A stretch of 64,000 nucleotides of DNA from positions 47,430,001 through 47,494,000 of the forward strand of contig CM060733.1 in the NCBI GenBank assembly GCA_030704615.1. The letters run 5' to 3'. This DNA comes from Takakia lepidozioides (taxonomy: Eukaryota; Plantae; Bryophyta). Both the position numbers and the translations under genes were made by a program. The notes under the pieces were generated by a model, which worked only from the letters and a program-made list of their open reading frames with translations, was not told the origin of the DNA and did no database searches. Of the stretch, positions 61,900-64,000 are shown in pieces; positions within the stretch are counted from its first letter, which is position 1, and each line of letters begins with the position of its first letter.

Positions 61900-64000
61900 A
61901 CATGTGCCAACTTATGGGGAAAGAGAAGAAGTCCCCTGCCCCAAAGAAAGGGGCGGACAATCCGTTTGCTCTGTCGGCACGTGTGACACGCCAGGGCGTC
62001 TCACGGTTAACCAGCCCCGTCGACAGCTGCAGCCGGAGGGCTCGTCTGCCCCCCGAGGCCAGTACCCCCCCTCTTGTCCACATCTTGGATGCGCCAGGGG
62101 CCGGCTCAGCCAGCTCTCCTATTCGGGAGGTTGTTGCTGAGCCAGATGCTCATTTGAGCACACCCCCGGCCACCAAGACGGGTAAAATGTACCTTGGTAA
62201 GCACATCACCCGTTCGGGGGCCCGGTATGGGCACCTTTTGTCATAGCGACCCCTTCCTCCGCAGCAAAGGCTGCACTTGCCAAGGCCCAACGTCAGGTTC
62301 AAGGGCCTTTGAAAGCCTCCATTGCCAGCCCATTGTTGTCGATGAGGGAAGATGAGATGAGGAGGGCCAATGAAGTGGCCAAGATAGCAAAGCGCCTCGA
62401 AGAAGTCAAGCCGGTGAGGGCTTCTACCTTGATACGCATTTTGGGGGGGGGGGGGGAGAGGAGGAGGTATGGGTTGGTTTGGAGCAGCCTAGCCGATCAG
62501 CGACACCGCCCCCTGAGCCTGAGCGGTCAGCAAAGAAGGGCCTGGACTACGGGGCGCCGTCGCCGGCTATGCTCCAAATCTGGAATCTACTTCCAGTGGC
62601 GCTCCGGGAGGGGATAGAGCGGACACATCCGGCAACAGGGACTCCGGCCACATCGGGTGATACCGGGGGCGAGTCGGACAAGCTTGCAAAGGTACAATTG
62701 TCACACCTTGTTCCATGATTTATCCTTTCTTTTGCATGCATGATTTTCTTTTGTTGTTTGTTTCTTTTTTTGAATTTGGAGGGGTTATTTGTCTTGAGGA
62801 GGCAGCAACATGGCTGGCCTCATTGGTGCAGTCCAGTGGGGTTGCCAATGAGGGAGAGCACGTGGTGGTCATGAAGGACCCGAACACCAAAGGTAAGAAG
62901 AACAGGCCTTGATCTCCCAAGATCCCTTTTACCATCAATGAAGGGGCTGCCGAGAAGAGAGAGAGAAGGGAGAGGGAGAAGGAGAGAGAGGAAGTAGCGG
63001 GGAAGGGGAAGGAAAAGAAGAAGAAGAAGTCCCATGGAGAGGCAGGGGTGAGTGTGCATGCGGGGGAGGGAAGTGGGGTAACAAAAGAGCAGGGAAGGAG
63101 GCTACAAAGAAGGGAGAGGGTGGAAAGAATAACATGCCCTTGGCGATACAGGACATGGAGTTGGCAAAGATCGTGGTGCCACCGGTGGAGGTGATTCGCC
63201 ATGGTGACCCCTGCGGTGCGTTCTGGGAGGCTATGAAGAAGCCAGCCTTCGAACTCGCATTGAGGTGGTTCTCTTTGCACATCGAGTGGGCTGCACTTTG
63301 GCGCAAAGGGGCGTATGCCCGTGAGTTAGACCGCTGGTTTCCGGGCAATTGGAGTAACACAAGGGTGATAGAGATGGTGGGGCGAAACTTGAAGGACATG
63401 AGGTACCGTGCCAGACATATCATTTGGAGGGCAATGGAAAAGGGGGCCATACCCAAACCACCCTATGGAATTACACAGGTTGGCAAATCTTGAATCATGT
63501 CACCTTCCATTTGTTGCATGTGCATTAATGAGGTGGATTCGATGCAACGTATGTGTGTAATTCACTAATTGTTGGGGGGGGGGGGTGCATAGGAATCATG
63601 GGATGCACTCATTGCGGGAGAGACCGATGCCGCACCAAATTTGACCGGGCACGCGAAGCAACAACAGTCCGCCTTGACAAGCACGAATCCACACACAAGT
63701 GGGGCGCCGGCGGATCCAAGGGTTTTATCTTGTGATTTGTAAGTCGTATTTCCCTATGGATTTTGTTATGTCTTCTTTCTGGCTCCATCATCGCGAAGAA
63801 CTGACTTTAATTTGTGGCATGTGTAGTAACGCGCGTTTGAGATGAAGCCATCTCCGGTAGAGTACAACTACGCCAAGGAGCATGGTTGGCAATCCCTCAT
63901 GAAGAACATGGCCAACACAGAGGGGATGAGTGCACTACAGGGCACTAGTATGGTTGAGGTCGAGGGTCATGGCCAGGGATTGGATGAGAGCTCTGTGGGA
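61900..64000 (+). pseudogene. Degraded spliced gene of unknown family, probably a transposon accessory ORF; runs off the window
   Basis: Low-complexity Pro/Ala and Lys/Glu exon-like blocks, then FWEAMKKPAFELALRWF...RYRARH...PKPPYGITQ|gt; T-rich introns; frameshifts. Confidence 0.35.

Overview
Eukaryotic, intron-rich land-plant DNA, probably a non-seed plant (inferred from gene style, a Tf1/Tcn1-like chromovirus and a DYW-PPR relic; the species cannot be determined from sequence alone). Host genes: the 3' end of a 2OG-Fe(II) dioxygenase, a 5'-truncated kinesin-5 relic, two inverted paralogous PAM2+2xRRM (CID8-13-type) genes, a plastid bacterial-PH-domain protein, a secreted heme-binding (EB_dh-like) protein, a Tat-signal LEA-like protein with ABRE motifs, and a PLS-E-DYW PPR pseudogene. 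The main result is the 3.6-17.8 kb block. It holds a decayed Mutator-like DNA transposon (GCM-like Zn domain + DDE + SWIM) whose transposase lies head-to-head with a spliced second gene encoding a ParB/Srx domain. A second, diverged copy of that gene (3.65-6.35 kb, minus strand) continues into a beta-class N6A/N4C DNA methyltransferase domain. The first intron of the plus-strand copy carries four palindromic repeats. Together this looks like a transposon family with its own ParB-DNA amino-methyltransferase cargo and candidate cis sites. Both copies are pseudogenised, and the catalytic motif IV is not visible in either, so activity is not shown. The transposase is split by an internally deleted chromovirus that appears to be self-priming. 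A ~4.8 kb foldback with a LINE fragment at its apex lies at 56.5-61.4 kb. All domain calls come from motif recognition by eye; no database searches were run.
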